A stretch of DNA of 64,000 bases from Bacteroidota bacterium (GTDB lineage Bacteria > Bacteroidota > Bacteroidia > Chitinophagales > Chitinophagaceae). A program made the position numbers and the translations under genes. A model generated the notes under the pieces. The model saw only the letters and a program-made list of their open reading frames with translations. It did no database searches and was not told the origin of the DNA. The stretch spans positions 1,351-65,350 of the forward strand of contig JAZKFT010000063.1 of assembly GCA_040386335.1 (NCBI GenBank). The letters are read 5' to 3'. Shown here piece after piece: positions 18,997 to 28,191 of the stretch. The first letter of the stretch is position 1. Every line of letters begins with the position of its first letter.

Positions 18997-21066
18997 ATGA
19001 AAAATGTGCTCCTTGTGGTGCTTGCTTGTGTAAATCTTTCGCTATTTGCGCAAAAGAATGCTTCTGTTTCGTTTGAAAAATGGATCAGTTTGAAAGGTGT
19101 TGGTACTCCTGTTATTTCTCCTGATGGTAAAACAGTTGTGTATAGCATGACTAGTACAGACTGGGCTAATAATACCTACGACACCGAACTCTGGATGTCA
19201 AGAGATGGCGGCGAACCATTACAATTAACCAGGACACACAAAGCCGGTAGCACCAACGCAGCGTTTACTCCAGATGGGAAATATGTAAGCTTTTTGGCAA
19301 AGAGGGATGAAAAAACACAACTGTATATAATTTCAATAATGGGCGGCGAAGCTGTGACCGTTACCAATGACGCAGATGGTATCAGTAGCTACGAATGGAG
19401 CCCTGATGGAACCCGGATTGTTTACAGTAAACCACAAACCGATAGCAAGGTTGAAAAAAATACAAAGGAGCGTTTGGGTGCATTTGCTGTGGAAGGAGAA
19501 GAATACAAACAAAACCACTTATGGTTGGTGAACTTTAACTACGATTCTGTTTTCCTGGCAGGTCAACTACCTTGCTACCAGGTAAAGAAAGACTCATCAA
19601 AAACAAATGACACCAAAGCACCGGAATGTTTTTCATTACCCGTGGCCAAACAACTAACTGAAGGTGATTTCACGGTGGCTGGTTTTTCCTGGAGTCCTGA
19701 TGGTAAGCAAATTGCTTTTAGCAGGCAGGTCAATCCGCTGATTCTTTCATCCGTAAGTGCAGATATTGTTTTGATAAATGCAGACACAAAAAAGATGACG
19801 ACAGTGATCAGCAATCCGACGGGTGATTTCTTTAACAGGTGGAACCCTGATGGAACTGCATTTGTGTATGGCAGTTCGGTTAATGATTCCATCACAGATT
19901 TTTTTAAAAATAACCGCCTGTTTATTTATGATCTGAAAACAAAAAGCAGTATGGAGATTGCAAAAGATATTGATGAAAACAAATCGGTTGCTGCGTGGAG
20001 CAAGTCTGGCCTGTTTCTTACTGCTTTAGAAAAAACAAAACGAAAATTGTATAGTGTGGATCTTAAATCCGGATCAACCAACGCTGTTACACTTGGCTTG
20101 GACCTGCCTGGCAATTTCTCCTTCAGCAAGAACACTGATGCCATCGCTTTGTCAGGTGCGAATTACACCGGGCTCAGCGAAATTTACCTGTGGCGATTGA
20201 ATCAACCCCTGAAACAAATCAGCGATAACACTGCCCAAATCAAAAACTGGAACACCCCAACAAACGAAGTGATACAATGGAAGAGTAAAGACGGTGCTAC
20301 AATTGAAGGCATTTTATTAAAACCCAAAAATTACGACGCCAATAAAAAATATCCGTTGCTGGTTGTTATCCATGGCGGGCCAACTGGTATCGATTTGCCG
20401 GATCCTGTGCCCACTTATGTCTACCCGATCATGCAATGGACTGAAAAAGGCGCCCTGGTCTTGCGGGTAAATTATCGCGGTAGTGCCGGTTATGGAGAAA
20501 AATTCCGTTCACTTAATGTAACCAACCTGGGCGTAGGTGATATGTGGGATGTAGTAAGTGGCGTGGAATATCTTAACAGCAAAAACATGATCGACACCTC
20601 ACGTATGGGATGCATGGGTTGGAGCCAGGGCGGATACATCTCTGCATTTTTAACCACCAATACCAATATGTTCAAAGCCATTTCTGTTGGTGCCGGCATT
20701 TCCAATTGGGTAACCTATTATGTAAGTACCGACATCACCCCGTTTACCCGGCAATACCTGGAAAAAACGCCCTGGGCAGATATGAACATTTATTTAAAGA
20801 CGTCGCCAATGACCAATATCAATAAAGCTTCTACACCCACTTTGATACAACATGGCGAATTTGATAAAAGAGTTCCCATTCCCAATGCTTATGAATTATA
20901 TCGGGGCCTGCAGGACAGGGGCATAAGATCTAAGCTAATTGTATACAAGGGTTTTGGGCATTCCATTAATAAACCTAAAGAACGATTGGCTGCTGTATGG
21001 CATAACTGGCAATGGTTTAATCATTTTGTCTTTGGAGAAAAGGAAGAACCTCTTCCGGTGGAATAG
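18997..21066 (+). CDS. S9-family serine peptidase (prolyl oligopeptidase/acylaminoacyl-peptidase-like) with N-terminal beta-propeller
   Basis: Signal peptide ending LFAQ. WD40-like repeats (SPDGK.., TPDGKY.., SPDGT.., SPDGKQ.., NPDGT..). Catalytic GWSQGG, plus D and H (GFGHS) in the C-terminal domain. Confidence 0.9.
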   Translation: MKNVLLVVLACVNLSLFAQKNASVSFEKWISLKGVGTPVISPDGKTVVYSMTSTDWANNTYDTELWMSRDGGEPLQLTRTHKAGSTNAAFTPDGKYVSFLAKRDEKTQLYIISIMGGEAVTVTNDADGISSYEWSPDGTRIVYSKPQTDSKVEKNTKERLGAFAVEGEEYKQNHLWLVNFNYDSVFLAGQLPCYQVKKDSSKTNDTKAPECFSLPVAKQLTEGDFTVAGFSWSPDGKQIAFSRQVNPLILSSVSADIVLINADTKKMTTVISNPTGDFFNRWNPDGTAFVYGSSVNDSITDFFKNNRLFIYDLKTKSSMEIAKDIDENKSVAAWSKSGLFLTALEKTKRKLYSVDLKSGSTNAVTLGLDLPGNFSFSKNTDAIALSGANYTGLSEIYLWRLNQPLKQISDNTAQIKNWNTPTNEVIQWKSKDGATIEGILLKPKNYDANKKYPLLVVIHGGPTGIDLPDPVPTYVYPIMQWTEKGALVLRVNYRGSAGYGEKFRSLNVTNLGVGDMWDVVSGVEYLNSKNMIDTSRMGCMGWSQGGYISAFLTTNTNMFKAISVGAGISNWVTYYVSTDITPFTRQYLEKTPWADMNIYLKTSPMTNINKASTPTLIQHGEFDKRVPIPNAYELYRGLQDRGIRSKLIVYKGFGHSINKPKERLAAVWHNWQWFNHFVFGEKEEPLPVE

Positions 21067-21152
21067 TTTATGGGGTGCCATTTTTGAATGACTCCGGTTT
21101 GCAAAAACAGGTAGTTACCGGCGAATTTATGTAGCACCCGAGTAGAAAATTC

Positions 21153-21794
21153 TTAGTTATTCTTACTGCAAATAGCAGCTATCGTCTTTTCATCCAACTG
21201 CAACGCATGGAAGTCATTCCCCTGTTGAATCACAGAGGTGATGATCCCTTTCATGGTGTAGTTCTCAAACCGGTGTTCCAGTTTCAGGATTAAGCCGCCT
21301 TCCGTTTTTTCATTGCAAAATTTCCAGTTGTAGGCAACATGCTTTTGATAAGTGCCGGGAGCTATTTTCAAGTCGGTGCTTACAAAATACCTCGTCCAAA
21401 AAAGTTTAGACTGGAACTCGATTATTTTACAACGGTGACCAAGAACCTTTTCATCGGTATCATGCATGCTAAATGAAATAATTGAATCCGTCGCGACTGC
21501 GTAGTCCTCGCAAGTATAATCCTTCTTGCTGTTGGTTTCTGAAATGCATTTATTAAGGGCTCCTGCATAGAAAAAGGTAAACGTGTCTTGTCCAATGAAT
21601 TTGCTTTGATAGTTGTTGTTATCGAACCGGAATACACTTTTCTGTGATTTTAATTGCATCAACGAATCCATGACCGGTTGCTTGCGATCGTAGGTATAGC
21701 TGTATTCAACTTCCCCTATAAAAAACGCCTGCTTTTCGGTGCATGATGTATGCATCAGCATTACTAAAAAAAGGTATTTGAAAAGCAGTTTCAT
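21153..21794 (-). CDS. Hypothetical lipoprotein
   Basis: MKLLFKYLFLVMLMHTSC lipobox-like leader. 213-aa ORF. No family recognised. Confidence 0.55.
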   Translation of the reverse strand: MKLLFKYLFLVMLMHTSCTEKQAFFIGEVEYSYTYDRKQPVMDSLMQLKSQKSVFRFDNNNYQSKFIGQDTFTFFYAGALNKCISETNSKKDYTCEDYAVATDSIISFSMHDTDEKVLGHRCKIIEFQSKLFWTRYFVSTDLKIAPGTYQKHVAYNWKFCNEKTEGGLILKLEHRFENYTMKGIITSVIQQGNDFHALQLDEKTIAAICSKNN

Positions 21795-21928
21795 CTTGAA
21801 GAATTGTTAGTTACAATTCAGCCGGTTGGTTAAGAATCGCAGTGTTCAGCTAAATTACAAAATAGGAACAATAATTGACAGAGTTGGGCAAGGATATCGG
21901 TCTGCCCGCTTTTGAGAAGTGCAGGCTG

Positions 21929-22486
21929 TTACCCGATTTGAAGATGTTCCATCTGTTTGCCAAAAAGAACCTTGCGGTCCACCATTTTAAATCCCAGTTT
22001 TAGATATAGCCTTTTTGCTTTTGCGTTCTGTTCATCTACAAGTAACCCTAAGGTTTGATGCTGCTTATTCACATATTCATCTATAACAAACTGTAGCAGC
22101 TTTGTGCCAATTCCCTTTCCCTGTTTATCTGGCTGTACGCCGAGAGAATCAATATAGTATTCTCCTTCCCGGGTTTCATCTTCCGGTTTAATGCACCTGC
22201 TAAATTCGGTTTCCAGGTAGTCGATGACCGGTTGTCTTAATGCACTTAAATGGCTTCCAATATATAAAACCAGCGCCGCCATTACTTCGCCGTCTTCTTC
22301 CGCAACCCAGCAATTTTGATAGGAATACTGGTTATTATCACTTGCTGCAAAGTGTAAAAGAAATGCAATGGCTTTCTCCGGATCCTGTGTGCCGATAAAC
22401 TGGTACACAATTTCCTCCATTGCTAAAAACAAGTGACTGGCAATCATCTTCGCATCCGTTATAACCGCTTTTCTTATCGTCATCAT
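21929..22486 (-). CDS. GNAT-family N-acetyltransferase
   Basis: Acetyl-CoA motif A: VQPDKQGKGIGTKLLQFVI, followed by ...AKRLYLKLGF. Confidence 0.85.
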   Translation of the reverse strand: MMTIRKAVITDAKMIASHLFLAMEEIVYQFIGTQDPEKAIAFLLHFAASDNNQYSYQNCWVAEEDGEVMAALVLYIGSHLSALRQPVIDYLETEFSRCIKPEDETREGEYYIDSLGVQPDKQGKGIGTKLLQFVIDEYVNKQHQTLGLLVDEQNAKAKRLYLKLGFKMVDRKVLFGKQMEHLQIG

Positions 22487-22506
22487 GGCTTGTATCTTGA
22501 AGCAGG

Positions 22507-22962
22507 CTATTGTGTAGATGTTAGTTCTTTTACGAAACCCGATGATTTAACCTCGTAACCAATTTTCTTATAGAAATTTTGGGCTACTATTCTTTCGTCC
22601 CTGTTTCCACAGTTTAGTAACACTTTCTTTGATCCGATATCCCGTGCCCAGTTTTCTGCGGCTTCCATCAGATGTTTGCCTACGCCTCTTTGGCGAAACC
22701 TGGTGCTGGTTACCAGTGCTCCAACTCTAACATAGGTTCCATTCTGTTCGTAACTATAGTTCCTTGACAAACCGGCCATGCCCACAATGGTTTTATCAAT
22801 CAGGGCAACCAGTGTTTTATAGTCATGATGGTTATGAATGGGTTCAAATCTCATTTTCATCTCGTCTGCTGTTGTCTTATAACCTAATTCATTCATCAGA
22901 TCTGCCAAAGCAAAAATGTCTGCGGGTTCCCCGTCCCTGATAATAAGTTGATCGTCTTGCAT
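22507..22962 (-). CDS. GNAT-family N-acetyltransferase
   Basis: Motif A: VTSTRFRQRGVGKHLMEAAENWA, followed by ...AQNFYKKIGY. Confidence 0.85.
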   Translation of the reverse strand: MQDDQLIIRDGEPADIFALADLMNELGYKTTADEMKMRFEPIHNHHDYKTLVALIDKTIVGMAGLSRNYSYEQNGTYVRVGALVTSTRFRQRGVGKHLMEAAENWARDIGSKKVLLNCGNRDERIVAQNFYKKIGYEVKSSGFVKELTSTQ

Positions 22963-23038
22963 CGGTTTTTACTAAAAGTCCTGTATGATGTTCTTGTTAG
23001 ATTTTCTTGCTTCCTCTTCGCTAAAAGAATCTGACCTG

Positions 23039-23416
23039 CTATTTTTTTTGTTTTAACTGGAAAACATTTCCTTCAGGATCCGCTCCGTCACAAACCCAAT
23101 AATCATAGTTGTCAAATGTCTTTATTTCTTTCAGCGGCACGTTTAGTTTTAGTAAGGTGTCGCGGAGCGAATAAATGTCCTCTTCAATTTCAAAGACAAT
23201 TTTTGTGTTGCTTTCAAATTTGATGGCTTCGTTGGTATTGTCCAAATAGCGATTGCCAATTTTATGTAGCCCGATCTTGCAATTTCCCGCTTTTAAAAGC
23301 AGCCATTCCGATTGTAATTCTTCAAGCATGTCAAGTTTTAAAATATCTACATAAAAATGTTTGAGTCTACTGACATCCTGTACAAAAATGATAATAGAAT
23401 CTAAATGCAGTTTCAT
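23039..23416 (-). CDS. VOC (glyoxalase-fold) family protein
   Basis: About 125 aa, ATG at 23416 (MKLHLDSIIIFVQDVSRLKHFY...DPEGNVFQL). Confidence 0.7.
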   Translation of the reverse strand: MKLHLDSIIIFVQDVSRLKHFYVDILKLDMLEELQSEWLLLKAGNCKIGLHKIGNRYLDNTNEAIKFESNTKIVFEIEEDIYSLRDTLLKLNVPLKEIKTFDNYDYWVCDGADPEGNVFQLKQKK

Positions 23417-23772
23417 AAACAAATAGGGATCGTTGGAAGTGGCTGCTATCGCTCAGGTTTTCAAGGTTAAAAGGCTGAAGTTGAAGTTATATTGTTTTGT
23501 TGAAAACCGGGTCGTTGCGCCAGGACAATAGGTCCCCGCGAATGAATATCCGGCAAATTCAGTAAGACATTTATTTGCCCCATATGCAAATAAGGTGGTC
23601 GTTTTACGAAACCTGACCACTCCTGTAACCACCCAGTTGAAATTCAATTGAACTTTTGTATCTATATTGAGCATCAGTTTTTCAATTGGCTGGCCTGGAT
23701 CTAAATGATATTGAAAACGAATAAGCCTGCAATTGCAACACAAAACTCAAAGCATATAAATAACTGCTAACC

Positions 23773-26700
23773 TTGAGCAAAAAAGCCGGTCACCTCTTTA
23801 CGGTGTTTCATGTTTTGAGATCATTCCTGCTACTATTTTCTTTTTGTACTTTACAGATTGTTTTTGCACAAGAGCGTCTGTTTACCAACCAACAGCATTT
23901 TACGGTAGAAGATGGACTCCCCCAAAGTTTCATCAGCGGTATCCTGCAGGATGAAGATGGCTTTATATGGATGGCCACGCTGGACGGAATGTGCCGGTAT
24001 GATGGCCGCGGATTTAAAACCGTCCGGTCCAACCCGGGAGACAGCACCGGGCTTTCTGCCAATGTCATTAATAATCTTGAAAGTTTTCACGATAATATCG
24101 TTACGGTTCGCTATAGTCTAAGCCAGGCGGATGATTTTGACCTTCGCAGTTTTAAAGTCCGCCGTCATAATATGCCAGCCCGGCTAAATGCCATTCCTGG
24201 TGCACGCTGGCAAACCCGCCGGTTGGCCACCAATACAAACAACTGGTATTTCATGACTGGTGATCACAAGGGAATGGGATGGCTCGATAGCAGAACAGGC
24301 AAAGTTTACTATGCAAACAGGTCCAATGGTATGTTACAACAAGATACCATTAGTGCTATCGTGGAATCGGCAGAAGGCAAGCTGTACCTCGTTAGCGAAG
24401 ATGGTGTTCAGGTAAGTGATAACAGCCGCCGGAAGTTTTCCCGGGTAGTTTTTACCACACACGTGAAAAAAGAAACACCTGGTGAAATTGCCAATGGTTT
24501 TAGTGAACGGTTTTCTATCGTTTCTATGCCCGGAAACCGGCTGGCGGTCGCAGATTATGATAAGGTCATACTCCTTGACATTGATAAAAAAACGAGTAAA
24601 GTTTTTACACCCACGCGGGTTAAAATAGAAAAGAAATTTTCCATGAACAATGGACTGCAGGCAGATGTGCAAGGACAGGTCTATTTCGAAAACGGCGGAC
24701 GGATATTCAGGATTACAGAAACAGGTGACATGAAATTGTTGTGGGAGAATACCGCCAATCCCACTTTACGCATCAGTGCGTTTTTTATAGACCGGTCGAA
24801 TGTATTATGGTTAAGTGTAAATGCGCAGGGCCTGCTCAAGATCGACCTCCAGTCGTCGCCATTCCAATCGTATAAATACCGCGCTGGTTTTGTGACAGAT
24901 ATCCTGGAGCACGCCGCAGAGAAGAGGGGGCTCATTTCTAAGCCCCAAACCTACATAGAAGCTTCGTCTTCCTTCCGGCATGCCCGGGACACAAAGGGCA
25001 ATCTTTATTTCACCTCCAATTGGATAGGTGAAAACAATATCTACCAGTTGTCCGGGCAGGTGCTGCGAAAGTTTCCACACTGTCCCGGCGGAATGCTATA
25101 TACTGCCCTACTTACGATGCCCGACGATGTCGTAAGGGCTTTTGACCAATTGTCGGGGACCTGGTTCTGCTGGAAAACGCCCTCATCGCTGCCAGATAAA
25201 TTTTCGCTTGATGACAGTATGAAAATAATGGAGGTAACAGATGCCCGGTTCATAGGAGGATATACCTGGCTAACTACCGATAAGCACGGGTTACTGCAAT
25301 ACCAGGATAGAAAAAGGATGAACCGATTTGCAGGTGTCATGACCAAGGGTATTATGCCGCAGACGCTAACCGAAATTTGTCCCGACCCGGTTGATACAAA
25401 CAAGTTTTGGATCGGTTCCCGGGGAGGTGGTCTTGTATTATGGGACCTGCAAAAAGGGTTACAGCGTATCTATACCACTGACGACGGGTTACCCAACAAC
25501 ACGATCTATTGCATATTGCCCGACAAAGCCGGGAAAATATGGTGCAGTACCAACAAAGGTATTTTTAGATTGGATGTTGTTACAGGGCAGATCACTGCAT
25601 TTGAAAAAACGGATGGCCTGCCTGGCAATGAATTTAACCGGGCTCATAAATTCCTGTTTCCCGATGGACGGCTGGCTTTTGGTGGTTTGGATGGGTATAC
25701 TATTTTTAACCCGGCTGATTTTGATTTTAGTAAAAAAATAGAAGATGTGCCGGTACTGCTTACCGGCCTGCAGATAAACAACCTGGCCCAGGACGTGAAT
25801 CTGGCCAACAGTGTGATAAAGGAACCATTTAGTTTGCTATCATCAGTTGAGTTGCCCTACAATAAAAATAACCTGCGTTTCGAGTTCGCCGCCCTGTTGT
25901 ATAACCAGCCGCAAAAAATAAAATACCGCTACCAATTAAAAGGGGCCGATGCCGGATGGATAGAAAACGGGACATCAAATATTGCGTCCTATGCAGCGTT
26001 GAGACCGGGCCACTATACGTTGCGCATGAACGCCTCAGACAGAAATGGATTATGGAGTGATACGATAAAAGAAATTGACATCATCATTCATCCCCCGTTT
26101 TGGGCTACCTGGTGGGCTTATCTCATTTATGCATTCATTGCATTGGGCATCGTACGATGGTATTTTATTTTCAGGGAAGGGCGCTTAAAAACAGAACAAC
26201 ATCTGGCCTTCGAAAAAAGAGAAGCGATCCGGTTAAGAGAAACTGATGAATTGAAAGACCGGTTTTTCAGCAATATCACCCATGAATTCCGAACACCTCT
26301 CACCTTAATCATTACCCCTTTGGAGAAACTGGAGCAGGACCCTTCGCTTTCAGCCGCAGCTATCAGCATTGTAAAAACGGCACAACGAAACTCAAATCAA
26401 TTATTACAGTTAATTAATGAGTTTCTTGATTTTTCTAAACTGAACGACGGGCAGCTTACAATAAAATTATCAACCGGGGAACCGGATCTGTTTACAGCCG
26501 ATTGTGTACGATCTTTTGAGGCTGCCGCCAAAGAAAAAAATATCACCCTCCTTTTTTCCGCCACGGGTATTGAGGGTCATTACCTGTTTGATCAGGAGAA
26601 ATGGGGTAAAATAATTTTTAACCTGCTGAGCAATGCACTAAAATTTACACCCGGTGGCGGGATGGTTTCCGTTTTCCTGTTTTCTCCCGCCAACGATCAC

Positions 26701-27759
26701 ATAACACTGGAAGTAAGAGATAATGGCCCGGGCATACCCGTTGAACAGCAACAAAAAATATTCACCCGTTTTTACCAGGTTGATGATTCATCTATACGGT
26801 CTTATGGAGGCACGGGTATCGGACTGTCGCTGGTGAAAGAACTGACCGAATTGATGCAGGGCACCGTTGAACTGGAAAGTAAACCCGGCGGGCCTACCCG
26901 TTTTATGGTTTCGATACCTGTGAAAAAAGCGGTTACTGCTGAGGCGTCGCAGACCTTAGATGCCCTTCAACCTAAACCGCAACATACGGCTATCCCTGAA
27001 CAGGATGCTCCCCTGTTGCTGGTGGTAGAAGACAATGATGAACTGCGGTCTTTTTTGGTAGAAACCATGCGCAACCATTACCGGGTCATTGAAGCTGCTG
27101 ACGGCCTGAAAGCCTGGGATCTTATATTACTGGAACTTCCGGATATTGTGATCAGTGACGTCATGATGCCGGGACAGGATGGTTTCGATCTTTGCCGGAT
27201 CTGCAAGGCGGACAACCGCACTGCTCATATCGGTTTTATGTTACTCACTTCAAAAGCCGCCCACGATGCCCGGTTAAAAGGATTGGGAATCGGTGCCGAC
27301 GATTATATCACCAAACCCTTTAACCTGCAGGAACTGGAATTGCGTACTGCCAACCTGCTACAGCTACAGCAAAAATTAAGGATCTGGTTGCAGGCTCAGT
27401 TGATCAGTACGGCTCCCACCGAACAATTGCCTGAAATTACAGATCCATTCCTTGCGCAGCTGTACGGGGAAATGGATGCTAAACTTGGCGATGCCGAATT
27501 AGGTATCGATCACCTTTGTAAAACCATGGCGATGAGCCGGAGTACCTTAAACCGAAAATTAAAATCACTCCTCGATATTTCTACCAACGACCTGATACGC
27601 CAGTATCGTTTGCAAAAAGCATCCCGGCTCCTTTCTACGGGCCTGGATGTTACCACCGTTGCTTACCAGGTCGGTTTTAGCAGCCTCTCCTATTTCGGCC
27701 AGTGTTTTAAAGAACAATACGGAATTCCGCCATCAGCCTACACTTCAAGGCAAAATTGA
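23773..27759 (+). CDS. Hybrid two-component system protein (propeller repeats + Y_Y_Y + HisKA + HATPase_c + REC + AraC HTH)
   Basis: H-box FSNITHEFRTPLTLI. G-boxes DNGPGIP/GTGIGLSLV. REC: LLLVVEDNDELR...ISDVMMPGQDG...LTSK. AraC HTH: VAYQVGFSSLSYFGQCFKEQYGIPPSAY. TTG start at 23773; other starts are possible within about 40 nt. Confidence 0.9.
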   Translation: MSKKAGHLFTVFHVLRSFLLLFSFCTLQIVFAQERLFTNQQHFTVEDGLPQSFISGILQDEDGFIWMATLDGMCRYDGRGFKTVRSNPGDSTGLSANVINNLESFHDNIVTVRYSLSQADDFDLRSFKVRRHNMPARLNAIPGARWQTRRLATNTNNWYFMTGDHKGMGWLDSRTGKVYYANRSNGMLQQDTISAIVESAEGKLYLVSEDGVQVSDNSRRKFSRVVFTTHVKKETPGEIANGFSERFSIVSMPGNRLAVADYDKVILLDIDKKTSKVFTPTRVKIEKKFSMNNGLQADVQGQVYFENGGRIFRITETGDMKLLWENTANPTLRISAFFIDRSNVLWLSVNAQGLLKIDLQSSPFQSYKYRAGFVTDILEHAAEKRGLISKPQTYIEASSSFRHARDTKGNLYFTSNWIGENNIYQLSGQVLRKFPHCPGGMLYTALLTMPDDVVRAFDQLSGTWFCWKTPSSLPDKFSLDDSMKIMEVTDARFIGGYTWLTTDKHGLLQYQDRKRMNRFAGVMTKGIMPQTLTEICPDPVDTNKFWIGSRGGGLVLWDLQKGLQRIYTTDDGLPNNTIYCILPDKAGKIWCSTNKGIFRLDVVTGQITAFEKTDGLPGNEFNRAHKFLFPDGRLAFGGLDGYTIFNPADFDFSKKIEDVPVLLTGLQINNLAQDVNLANSVIKEPFSLLSSVELPYNKNNLRFEFAALLYNQPQKIKYRYQLKGADAGWIENGTSNIASYAALRPGHYTLRMNASDRNGLWSDTIKEIDIIIHPPFWATWWAYLIYAFIALGIVRWYFIFREGRLKTEQHLAFEKREAIRLRETDELKDRFFSNITHEFRTPLTLIITPLEKLEQDPSLSAAAISIVKTAQRNSNQLLQLINEFLDFSKLNDGQLTIKLSTGEPDLFTADCVRSFEAAAKEKNITLLFSATGIEGHYLFDQEKWGKIIFNLLSNALKFTPGGGMVSVFLFSPANDHITLEVRDNGPGIPVEQQQKIFTRFYQVDDSSIRSYGGTGIGLSLVKELTELMQGTVELESKPGGPTRFMVSIPVKKAVTAEASQTLDALQPKPQHTAIPEQDAPLLLVVEDNDELRSFLVETMRNHYRVIEAADGLKAWDLILLELPDIVISDVMMPGQDGFDLCRICKADNRTAHIGFMLLTSKAAHDARLKGLGIGADDYITKPFNLQELELRTANLLQLQQKLRIWLQAQLISTAPTEQLPEITDPFLAQLYGEMDAKLGDAELGIDHLCKTMAMSRSTLNRKLKSLLDISTNDLIRQYRLQKASRLLSTGLDVTTVAYQVGFSSLSYFGQCFKEQYGIPPSAYTSRQN

Positions 27760-27779
27760 CTCAAAATTGAGAACATTTG

Positions 27780-27809
27780 AACCGATCCTTATACCTGCCA
27801 GGATCGGTT
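27780..27809 (+). terminator. Possible terminator hairpin after the hybrid sensor gene
   Basis: AACCGATCC (27780-27788) / GGATCGGTT (27801-27809) with a 12-nt loop. Only a weak T tract follows. Confidence 0.35.
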
Positions 27810-28191
27810 GGAGGGTACTTTTATAGTATGCAAAAGGTCTTGATTTTTTCAACTTCATAAACACACATAACATGAAACTGCGGCCAAAATTTTCATGAAA
27901 GCTATTTTGCTAACCTCTGGCAATAGCCACTGATTTCTTTGCCAGCCTGCCAATTCTATTACTATTTCCAATATTCTGTATCCTCTGGGAACTTGCCACT
28001 GCTTTATTAAAGAAGCAGCGGCATAGGCCCTGCGGAATAGCGCCTGCCAAAATATAATATTCCATGGGCAGGTTGTGGTAGCAAAACCTTAATGGTGTAT
28101 GTTTTTCAATTAGCTAAAGATTTCACCATTCTCGTCCAAATGCCCTTACCCGAATGCGCCACTTTTTTAACGACGTAAAACGTATCCTAAG

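Noticed and set aside
23453-23743. 96-aa minus-strand ORF
   Set aside because: Its composition is unconvincing. Its only conserved part is the 40-nt segment shared with 42898-42937, which reads more sensibly on the opposite strand as an AraC-type remnant.
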